A stretch of 63,055 nucleotides of DNA, counting the filler, from Octopus bimaculoides (lineage: Eukaryota): assembly GCF_001194135.2 (NCBI RefSeq). It is 4 parts of 4 records of this genome, joined end to end, with 100 filler letters (N's around TTAATTAATTAA, not from the genome) between each part and the next. Parts side by side here need not be neighbours in the genome. Positions count along the whole stretch, not along the records: positions 13,921 to 37,456 come from NC_068982.1; 3 more parts are not named here. One strand, written 5' to 3'. Of the stretch, positions 26,130 through 37,420 are shown piece by piece (the first letter of the stretch is position 1; every line of letters starts with the position of its first letter). The notes below the pieces were generated by a model. It was not told where the DNA came from and did no database searches. It saw nothing but the letters and a program-made list of their open reading frames with translations. The position numbers were made by a program, and so were the translations under genes.

Positions 26130-29100
26130 GCGAAGTTACTTGCTGGCCCTCTCGTGGCTATCTCTCCATTCTACATGATCTCCCATAAACTGTCCCAATG
26201 AACTGAATCGAAAGCTTTGGTGGCATTTTTACCTTCACGGAAGCCTGCTTGTTCAGGTCTGAGCTTCTAATCAATACTATTTTGGATCCTGTTATGATCC
26301 TTCTTAGCACTCCACTTGCTATAGGGCTTTCCTATAAGTAGGTTATCTCCCTTGGCTAGGCGACGCTCCATGTAGATAATTAAACTTCCGGAGGCTAACC
26401 CACGCCATTGTTATTGTTTTACGTCTTATCATGGATATAAAACAGCTTGATGATTCAGCTATCGAAGTACTTACTGTGCCTGAGTTAAAGAAATATTTAA
26501 GATTATATGGACAGTATGTTACTGGAAGAAAGGNNNNNNNNNNNNNNNNNNNNNNNNNNNNNNNNNNNNNNNNNNNNNNNNNNNNNNNNNNNNNNNNNNN
26601 NNNNNNNNNNNNNNNNNNNNNNNNNNNNNNNNNNNNNNNNNNNNNNNNNNNNNNNNNNNNNNNNNNNNNNNNNNNNNNNNNNNNNNNNNNNNNNNNNNNN
26701 NNNNNNNNNNNNNNNNNNNNNNNNNNNNNNNNNNNNNNNNNNNNNNNNNNNNNNNNNNNTCTAAAGATCTTTGTAAGTTGCCGAATTTCACAGATAATGA
26801 CATAATTACCTCGTGCTACGGATGAAAGCAAAGCAACAGTTAAGGAGTGGCATATTTTACCACGACAGACACGTACACAGCATCGAATACCACGATGTGA
26901 GTGAAAGCTGCTCTCACTGTATTGTCCGGTGTCTGGTAATCCCTTCGATACCGACATCAAACCAAAAAAAGAATCCTGACCACAGAGTGTGGGTAATTAT
27001 GTCAAATGTCACTGGCAATGTGCATTCAGCTGATTGCAACTGTTAAAGCAAGTCACTGAGCATGCGTACATGTCATACGGGAGAGTTCCAATCAGGGGTG
27101 GATAACACCTTATAGGAAAGCCCTATAGGTAGAAGTGTTATTCCCCTCCAGTTTCCACATTCAGATAGATCGCCTTCGTTTGGTAACTTGACAAGCAGTT
27201 CTTTCTTCCAGTCATGAGCTATTTTCTCTTGATCTCAAATATCATTTATAATACTCTGCAGTTTGTCTGAGGGTGTTTCAATGTCTGCCTTCAATAACTC
27301 CGGTGTTACCATGTTAACTCCTCCTGCCTTTCCATTTTTTAATTTTCTGATTACATTCTTGCTTTCTGTTTTGCTTGCAGGGCTGGTGTCAATGGTCCCA
27401 CCTCTGGAATTACAATATTTTCAATTTCCACTGGATTGGGTGGGGTGTCTCTATTTAATAACTATTCAACTTCTTCAAAATGTTCTATCCATCTTGTCTT
27501 TTCCCCTTGTCATCTGTTATGATTTTATCCTGTTTATTCTTGATACCACCTGATGCTTGATATGGTTTTTCATTACATATTGTTCTGGTTATTTCATATA
27601 GTGTTTTCATTTGACCATTCTTAGCTGCTCTTCCAGCATCGTTTGCTAAGTCCCTTACCCATTTACGCTTGTCTGATCTTATACCTGATTTGACATGTCT
27701 TTGGCTTTGTATTCCATTTGTTTAATTCTGATGGACTTGGCATTTTCAATTTTAATGTTTTCTCTCTTTAACTTTTTTCCAAGAGTCTGGTCCTACTTAC
27801 GGTTTTTGATTCTTTTTCTTTACACCAAGTACTTTGGCTGCCTGGTTGAATGCTCTATCGAAGTTTTTCCATTTCCTTTCTATGTCAATATCTTCTGGAA
27901 TCGTCCCAAGTAAAGCGAATTTATTCTTCCGTTCCATAATGAACTTGTCTTTGTTTGATTTTGTAGTTTGCCAGTATCATATTTTGTTCTTGGGTTTGTC
28001 TGTCTTGTACAGGTGTCTCCGAAGTTTCAGCTTCACTTGTGACCTTAAAAGCTGATGATCACTTGCAACATCAGCGCCTCTCATGACCCGAGTGTCTTTT
28101 ATTGATGAGCGGTATTTACATTTGACGTGTGTGTGATCAATTTTGATTTGTTGTTCTTTTATCTGGAGAGGTCCAGGTGTTTTGTGAATGTCCTTGTGGC
28201 GGAATGTAGTTCCAGTAATGACGACATCATTCATCCCTGCTATTACTGTTCGTAATTCCTGTTCCATGTTTACCCATTATTCTCTCATTCCCCTTATTAT
28301 TTGCTCCAACCTTGGTATTCATATCTCCAGTTACTATGACCATACCATGTGTGTGCACAGTCTCAACTAGTTTGCAGCTGTTCATAGGTGTCTTTCACCA
28401 CATCCTCTGCGTCCGTTGCAGATGCATAGTTTAATGAATTTGGAATAAAATCTGGCTGTGATGAATCTCTCATTCACCAGTTTCCATTCCATGAGTGCCG
28501 ATTCAGCAGCTCTGGTCATCATAAAAGCTACTCCATTGCGGTGTATCTTGTCTTCCCTGCCAGAATAGATGACAGTTTCACCTGTGCTTAGTTTCATTTT
28601 ACCAAAACCAGTCCATTTACCCTCACTAATTCCTAGAACATCGATGTTGTATGTCTTCATGACTTTAGCAACTTGAGCAGTTTTCCCGATCACACACATT
28701 ATTTTGACATTCCAATTGCCAATATTTAAGTTTTTTTTTTGGTTTTGCAATTGACTTTTTCGGTCGTTGGGTTTCCTTGCTGCTTTGGCCCAACAACGTC
28801 ATTGTGCTCTGGTCTTCTTAGAATCTGATGTTATCGTCATCTGGTACGTGTCAAGTCACAATTTCGAAGCCTGGTTTCGTGTTGTATGAACTTTCTCTCT
28901 GAGCGCTTCTGGTTTTTGTAATAAGTGTTTAAAAAAATTTTTTTTTACGAGAATGGGTTATTAGCTCATTGCTCAACCACTAACCTGGAGGACCAGTGGA
29001 CTATTTTTTGTCTGACTTCTACCCGTCGACCTTACCGCCTTGGGTGACCCAACCAGGAGTACAAGACTCCGGACGGCATGGCTCTACAGGTAATTGAAGC

Positions 29101-29145
29101 ATGCAGACACCCCTACCAACGTTAAGGTGATAGCCCACGGGGGTG
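26130..29145 (-). mobile_element. Degenerate RTE-clade LINE (5' UTR, AP endonuclease, start of RT), internally deleted and split by a DNA transposon
   Basis: NIGNWNV...DVLGISE...GVAFMM (28382-28750), TTFRHKDIHK...GADVASDHQLL (27977-28267), KNGKAGG...ECGNWRGITLLP (27130-27350). On the other side of the insertion: LRPEQAGFREG and KAFDSVHWDSLW (26180-26300). Left boundary approximate. Confidence 0.85.
26319..27128 (+). mobile_element. Small TIR DNA transposon derivative carrying a SAP-like and SWIM-like ORF remnant
   Basis: Perfect 20-bp inverted repeat CTATAGGGCTTTCCTATAAG (26319-26338 / 27109-27128, including the duplicated target). Internal LTVPELKKYLRLYGQYVTGRK (SAP-like) and RVWVIMSNVTGNVHSADCNC (SWIM-like start). 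226-N gap inside. Confidence 0.72.
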
Positions 29146-29691
29146 AACGAATCCACTCCAGTAGTTATTTTTAAAAAGCCTTGTGCTTATTCTATCGGTG
29201 TCTTTCACCGAATCACTGACATTATCAATAGAATGCGGTACTTATCAATAGAAGCTGCGGTACTTCGTCCAGGGAACACTCCTTTATAGTCGTGTGGAAA
29301 TGACGAGCGGAAATGACCACGCAATATCGATATCTCTCACTTTTTTCACTTCTGGGGCGATTTCGTTTCGCCTAGCTTTGGGGTATGCCATATTTTTAAG
29401 TACAATATTTTAAAGGGATCTTGCCCGGACGAAGTATCGCAACTTCACATTGTTTAATTATGCACATACATTAAATATGTCGTATTGACAATGTTTACAA
29501 TATTTAAACTTCTTCAGACACAAATTCCTGTCTACTATAGGCACAAAGCCTGAAATTCAGGAGGAGGGGGCCAATCGACTATATTGGCCCCGGCGCACAA
29601 CTGGAATTTAGTTCACCAACCCCGAAAAGATGAAAGGAAAGTCGACCTCGGCGGAATTTGAACTAAGACCGTAAAGATGGACGAAATACCG

Positions 29692-31716
29692 ATTTCTTTA
29701 TTACTCATAAAGGGCTATACAAAGAATTTTTAAGACATCACAAAACATAAAGACAGTACAAAACACCAACATAAAGTCGGGGTAATTAAAATAAAATGAT
29801 AATATGCAAGAATGAAAAAAAAATGAGGCGCAATGTCCACTCGATCCCCGAAGTCGGGTGGCTACATTTATCCAGTTTTTCACTTTTACGTTCAACATCA
29901 TGTAAACATTTTAACGGTTTTGTAACTCAAAAAATTCAAACACTCGCGTTACCTTTCTTCCATTAATCATTGTTACGTCCGTCCTTAACAACTGCAAATA
30001 ATCAGTTCTAGGGGGTGGTGTCTCCACCAACCATATCCATTTCGTTATTATATTTTCACCAAGTTCTTCTATGCGCTCCCAGCAGCTTTCCTCGCGTATC
30101 AAAATGCATTTTTCAGCACATTTCTCTGGCATTTTCACTCTTATTATTTCTCCCAACCTCTCGACTTTTTTCTCCATCTGCTCGCAATTCTCGTACTTTA
30201 TCAAAACCCCCTTGTATTTCACATCTTTATCCGTTCTCTCCTCCTCTTCTTGTACATTATTAGTTTCTGGCTTTTTTTTTTATCTCTGTTTTGTTTTCTG
30301 TTGACCGTTCCTTTGACTTATTTTTCCTTCGCTTTTTAGGGTTAGTAGCCCCATTTTCGTTCTTCTCTTTTGTTTTCTCTGTTTCACACTTCTGTATCTC
30401 TTTTATTTCCTCAGTGTGGTCTACAAGTCTTTCCTCCTGTGTTTGTACTTTCTCTTGCTGTGTGAACTCATATAGGGGGCATTTGGTCTTCATATGACCT
30501 CTTTCCCCGCATATGTAACAGTTTGGTTTCCTTCCCTCGACTACAACATTTAATGTTCTCTCATCCTCCACTTCTATCTGGTAGGGAATTCTTTCTATGT
30601 CCTCGAATGTGGCAAAAAACCACATTTCGAGTCCAAATCCCCACCATTTGCACACTTTTGATTTCGCCACTGGTCCCAATTCCGGCTCCTCCTTGGTTGC
30701 AGCCAGCACTGTTGCAACCAACCACTCTGGTTTAATTTCTGGTGTAACTCTGGGAATCCGTATTTTCACACTTCTCTATAACTTGGGAGCAATGCTATTT
30801 TTGCACTTCTTAAAATGTTGGTCGCATGCTTGATTGCCTCTTCTATAGTGGCGAACCTCACCTCAACCGTACCAAACTTTCTTCTTCTGTTGACAATTTC
30901 ACCCAGGCACTCCTCGATTTCCTCTTCCGTCACCATTTCAATTTTACCGGTTTCGACAGCATGTGTACGATACACTACTGTCCTCAGAATTTTCTTTTCT
31001 TTGGATCTTTGTGATTTGACGGGCAACACTTGTTTTCTTAACGAAACACTTTCAAACTTGGGACACTGGTAGAATGTGTCATACAAAACAACTTTTTCTC
31101 TTAACCTTCTTAACAAAAAATTGTACATCGCAAGTTATTTCATGTTAAAGTTGTCGTATTTCTGTAATTTCAACCAATCATTGACGTCTATTCAGCTGAA
31201 TACAGTCAGTGCTGGCCGGTCATAAANNNNNNNNNNNNNNNNNNNNNNNNNNNNNNNNNNNNNNNNNNNNNNNNNNNNNNNNNNNNNNNNNNNNNNNNNN
31301 NNNNNNNNNNNNNNNNNNNNNNNNNNNNNNNNNNNNNNNNNNNNNNNNNNNNNNNNNNNNNNNNNNNNNNNNNNNNNNNNNNNNNNNNNNNNNNNNNNNN
31401 NNNNNNNNNNNNNNNNNTGCTATTTCTGGGGGACACAATTTGTATGAGTCTCCCTCAACTTCTATCAAATTCCTGCTTCTGGTCACCTCCTCCATATCCA
31501 ACTTGATTAACTTGGTTTCTAGCGGCACTGGCTTCCTCACCGCAGTGGCTTTGGCGTAGCTTTCCATACTGGAGACACTACCACTTGCCATAGCTGGGAA
31601 AAATGCAGCAGCTCACGTGAAATGCAACCGTAATAATTCCACAAAATCACAATTATTTACCGAGACAGTTTTCACAAAGTAACACAACAGTATTCACAAT
31701 AATTCACAGAGCCGTT
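29692..31716 (-). mobile_element. ORF1/Gag-only non-LTR-type element copy C, apparently full length (about 2.0 kb including a 210-N gap and an inserted repeat), inserted in a SINE
   Basis: ORF pieces 31220-31591 (MASGSVSSMESYAKA...), 30766-31040, 30260-30769 (VEGRKPNCYICGERGHMKTKC) and 29911-30222. 3' end gagtaataaagaaat. ATACCG duplicated at 29686-29691 and 31717-31722, with the two SINE halves continuing on either side. Confidence 0.85.
31038..31226. mobile_element. Fragment of the same MITE family inserted in the ORF of copy C
   Basis: aacgaaacactttcaaacttgggacactggtagaatgtgtcat...ttcaaccaatca aligns with 33335-33495. Confidence 0.7.
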
Positions 31717-32445
31717 ATACCGCGAAGCAGTTCGACCGGCGTGCTAACGATTCTGCCGGGTCGCCGCCTAACGCTTCAGACGTAAATTCTGATTTTGTGC
31801 GACGTGTTTGCATATCAGCAAATAGCTTTTACGCTTTCTGTATGTATACATCCAGCTGGATCAGTAGTGGCAGAGCGACACTAAAAAGCAGAAATAACTG
31901 AGGAATATTGATATCTGCCATTATCTTTCACTTCTGAGGAGATTTCGTTTCGCCTGATTTTGAGATATGCTCTTTTTTTAAACACAGTACTTCATTAAAG
32001 GGATCTTCTCGAATAAAGAAATATATATTTATCTAGGTATTACTGAAATTGGAACCGGGAGAAACGATTTTGCATTATTTTCAAATTATAAAAATATCAA
32101 ACTACTTAATATTTTTTTATTATTTATTTATTTTATTTATTTATTTATGTGTTTCAGCCAAGTGGCTGCGGTCATGCTGGTGCATGTTGTACTGAACATT
32201 CTTATATGTTGATTTCTAACGTAGGTATTAGACCTCACTTGGGAGAAGGGTATAATGTATTAAATCAATCTAGTACTAGGCTGGTACTTACTTTATCGAC
32301 TCAAAAAGGATAAGACAAAGCTGACCTTGGTGGAATTTGAACTAAGAACTTAAGTAATCGTAATCGAATAGCAAAAGTCATTTGTCTGACGCTCCAAAAT
32401 TTCTGTTAACCCATTGCCCCGGATCTAATACATATATTGCCATCA

Positions 32446-32634
<189 letters not shown>

Positions 32635-33299
32635 CTATGGCGAAACGTCTTATGACATGTTTCATTATTGCAAACCATATTGCTGTGGTTATAGATTATT
32701 ATTATTCAGAGTGGGCCAAAAGTCACGCACAAAATAAGTTCAATACGCTTCGGAATTGTCAAAGACGCTTCAATTTTTCTAAAATTAAATAAATAAAATG
32801 ATGAATACATATGTACATTATGAACAAAATGAATAATAATAATTTCAAATGTTTGGCACAAGGCCGCCAATTTGGTGGTGGAGGGGTTAAGTCGATTACA
32901 TCAACCCCAGTGCTCAACTGGTACTTATTTTATCGATCTCGAAAGGATGAAAGGTAAAGTCGACTTCAGTGGAATTGACTTTGCCGTTTATCCTTTCGAT
33001 AATAATAATAAAAACAATGACATAACACGACAAATGCCTTGGCGCATGATTTTTGACCCAAATTGTATAATATCTTTATATGCATTTATAAGATTAAGAA
33101 CTTAATCTTAAAATAATGCCAAAATGAGTATAGTAAATAATAAGAAGGTACTTCAAATGATTAGCAAAACACTCACTCACCAACATGCTACAATTTTCAC
33201 GGATGTGCTCTTCTCGCTACCTTTTCTACGGATACTACTGTGCCTTCTGCTCCCCTGAATATGTAGCATAAACGACACCTCTAACCTAACGCAACCATC

Positions 33300-33899
33300 G
33301 AATCTTTTTTAAAACGGGGGCCACATTTTTCATTAACGAAACACTTTGAAACTTGGAACACTGGTAGAATGTGTCATATAAAACATCTTTTTCTCTTAGT
33401 CTTCTTAAAAAAAAAAAGAAATCCCTAAGTTATTCCATGTTAAAGTTGTCGTATTTCTGTAATTTCAACCAATCACTGACGTCCATTCAGCCGATATACA
33501 TTAAGTGCCGATTACATAAACAAACGATTCTGAAACAATTCTATCGGTGATAGGGTTAGGGTTAGGGTAAAACAGCAAATTTAAAAAGAAAAAAACAAAT
33601 AAAACGAAGAAAAAAAAAAGAAAATGAAAAAAGCAAATTTAAAATGAAAAAAGCAAATAAAACGAAGCTATGGCTTAATCAGCCAAAGGAGTAAATATAA
33701 ACAACTGAATACTTGTCAGTGATTGGTTGAAATTATCGAAATAAGACAATTTTTTACATGAAATAAATTCGAATACAAAAATATTTTTCTGTTCTATAAC
33801 ACAAAATAGATAAGTATACGAAGTTTGAAAGTCTTTCCGTACCAAAAACACTACGTAAAACATTAATGAAAAATGTGGCCCCCGTTTTAAAAAAGATCC
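33300..33899. mobile_element. 600-bp MITE with 37-bp TIRs and 8-bp TSD in the ZNF474-like intron
   Basis: Perfect 35-bp inverted repeat 33302-33336 / 33863-33897, extended by 2 bp with one mismatch. CAACCATC duplicated at 33292-33299 and 33900-33907. A related internal segment lies inside copy C at about 31038-31226. Confidence 0.85.
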
Positions 33900-34566
33900 C
33901 AACCATCTCCTCCTTTTTCATTATCACTATCAGTTTTTACTTGCCAGATTAAATTCTTCCTTTTGCTCAGAACTGTAACTCTAAGGAACCCCACTCCCGT
34001 ACAACTTGATACTTAATCCCATCTCATCAATGATCGAATAAAACTATGTACAAAGTCGTTGCAGCTTTGACCGCAAAGCTTGAAGTTTCTGAGGGAACTA
34101 GTCGATTTCATCGACCTCAGTGTTCAACTGGTACATATGTTTATCAATTTAGAAAAGATGACGGTCAAAATCGACCTCGGCAGAATTTGAGCTCAGAACA
34201 TAAAGACGGAAAAAATGCTGCTAAGCATTTTTCCTGATGTGCTAACGATTCTGTCAGCTCGCCGCCTTGTTAATAATAGTAATTTCAAATTTTGCCACAA
34301 GGACAGCAATTTTGGGGGAGGAGATGAGTCGATTACATCGACTCTAGTGTGTAACTGGTACTTAATTTATCGATCACGAAAAGATGAAAGGCAAAGTCGA
34401 TCTCGGCCGAATGTGAACTCAGAACGTAGCGGCAGACGAAATACTGCTAAGCATTTCGCCCGGCGTGCGAACGTTTCTGCCAGCTTGCTAAGCATTTCGC
34501 CCGGCGTGCGAACGATTCTGCCAGCTAGTTTTAATAAAATATCCCAATAAAATCCCTAGAAGCTCA

Positions 34567-34893
<327 letters not shown>

Positions 34894-37114
34894 TCATAGA
34901 CTCAGTTCACTTCTGAGAAGGTTGTTGGTGGTTTATTCCACGCCAGCGCTGGTCAAGTAGACTAACAATAACCACACCATATTATTTTCAGAAAATATAT
35001 CTCGGACTATATTATTCTAATGTGTCTTTTTTATTTGAATAAAGTTAGAAAGGAAATTGGCTGTCATTTCTAATGGCCATGTTAAAAAAAAAAAAAAATC
35101 ATCATTAGCTGTAGCGACAGTAATAGCCCTTTCTACTATAGGCTCAAGGCCTGAAATTTGAGGGAGGCTGATAGTCGATTACATCTATCTCAGTACTTAA
35201 CTGGTACTTATTCTATCAACCCCGAAAGGATGAAAAGCAAAGTTAACCTCGGTGACATTTGAACTCAAAACAAAGACGGAAGAAATGCTGCTACTCATTT
35301 TACCCTGTAAAATCTAAGTTCTCTTAACTGAAGGCATATAGGAAAATAGGTAGACATTAACGTGGGACAAAGAAATCCAAAGACTCAATGTTCGGCAACG
35401 TTCCTGTACTTACAACAATAACAATTTCTTACATGGGGACGAGACCAACGACTGTTGAGAGGAACGGGTAAGTTGATTTTAATCTTTCACCCTACATCCA
35501 TCACATTTCAAGTACTACGGGTGAATGAAGGACAAACAGCAACCGTGTTAGATTTTCAACTTGATATGTAAAGCTGTCAAAAGCAACCTGCGGCCCGCGT
35601 AAGTTTCAGATTGGCACGGCTTACGGAAAATTTCTTTTTTTATTTCACTTGTGCGGCCCGTCTGATGATGAGCTATGTATCATGCGACCCGCTTCTCCAA
35701 AATGTCGCCCCATGTCTGATGTAAAGGGATGTAACTAAATAGGGCAACGTAGTTGATCTACCCCACCCATATCTAACGCGCTAAGGCCCGTTAAATGCTA
35801 ACAATAAACGTTTCTAACATAGGCATGCAGCCTCAGATTTGGAGGATGGGGCTAGTCGATTATGCTGACTCCAGTACTTAGCCGGTACTTTATTTTATCG
35901 AACCCCGGAAAGATGAAAAGTAAAGTTGACCTCTGTGAACTCAGAACGTCAAAGGCTGTAACTAAATGTCGCAAAGTATTTTGCTTGACGTTCTAATGAT
36001 TCTTTCGGTCCACTGCTCTTACAACAATAACAATATTTCTTTCTAATTTTGGAACAAAGCTAGCAATTTTGAGAAGAGAGACAAGACCACCGATTACACA
36101 ATTACATCGAACTCAGTACTTGACTGGTACTTTATTTTATCGACTCCAAAAAGATAAACAGCAAAGTCGATCTCGGTGGCATTTGAAATTAAAAAAAAAA
36201 AAGAAGCTAAGCCTGAAGAAATGCCGTTAAACATTTCGCCCGACGTGTTAGCGATTCTTCCAGCTCGCAGGCTTAACACTAATAATAATATAATACGATT
36301 TATGATTTTAGCAGAAACAAGATGGTGGTCTTCGGAACTTGTAACACACCGAAAAAAAAACAAAAGAAAAAAAGGGTTGACTTAATCGACTGCATCGGCC
36401 TTCAAACTTTGTGCCCTTATATCGATTATTAGATATTGTTATTGAAGCAGCAAAGAGAATGAAATATCTACTTTATCTTAATGAGTTCAAATAACGCCGT
36501 GATGGACTTCTGTCTCTTGGTCACTTTTTTCCCCTTTCAGATCAATAACAGTTGGATTAATAAATAAATATATTGGAGTTTGGTGTAGTGCCGGTTCTCT
36601 CTTATTAATCTATCCATACGTTTAAGAGTGTAGTAATGATTTATTCAGTAGTTTCTCCAACATTACTTATACTATTCCGAAAAGAATAAAAACTACATTC
36701 CCATTTTCGCTTCGCTATAAATCTCAAAATTCATGATTATGTGGACGCCACCCTCCACCTCGAAATGTTAATTTCTTTGACAAATGTTGATATTTAGCCA
36801 CAGATTGGTCTTGATCTAACAGAATGATCAAAAACGTTTCAGCAGGCAACATTTTGTCTTTTCTTCATACTTAATGCATTTAGAAATGCTATTATTTTAA
36901 AGATACTAATGTGTGATCTTAGGGAGCTTAGCTTGCTATTTTTAGCAGCTCGAACGATCGTGTAGATGTGTCCCTCGTGGCTAGTTACATTTGACAAGTT
37001 AGCGATGCTGTTAAGAATCAAATGAAAAATTTAAAACAGAAGTTTTTGTGTTGTGATATGAAGATACGAAGGTTTTATGCAAGCACATCATTTATCTATC
37101 CAGTTTTATTTCCA

Positions 37115-37420
37115 ACTAGCAGAAACACCCGGCGTTGCCCGGGTTAAAGAGAATAATGAAATCTAAAAACGCCGTCTAGACTACGCAACCCTCAACTGTT
37201 AGTAGCTACGATACCATATTTCTACATTAATAACTCTCCAATCCATGCCAGCATGGAACATAGATATTAAGTGGAATGCTAGAAGAAAGTTTTCAACTCA
37301 TATGTATATAAAGTAAATACACGTAATTCAGAAACACGTTTTTGTGTATCTTATTTCGTAACCAAACAAATAGGTACAGATTATAAATAATGAAAGGCCA
37401 ATTTTGGTGATTCATTTGAC
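37115..37420 (+). mobile_element. Helitron-like non-autonomous element fragment (second copy about 60385-60630)
   Basis: actagcagaaacacccggcgttgcccggg start resembles non-autonomous Helitron 5' ends. About 250 bp shared with 60385-60630. Confidence 0.45.

Larger units (their letters stand above)
29525..31770 (-). mobile_element. SINE family 1 copy split by element C (29525-29691 and 31717-31770)
   Basis: The halves rejoin as gacgaaataccg-cgaagcagttcgaccggcgtgctaacgattctgcc, matching intact copies such as 43435-43485. Confidence 0.8.

Noticed and set aside
33553-33569. Interstitial telomere (TTAGGG)n
   Set aside because: Under three units and internal to a MITE.
34446-34527. 41-bp tandem duplication in a SINE head
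   Set aside because: A simple local slippage or template-jump duplication, like the 52-bp one at 24378-24481. No wider significance is evident.
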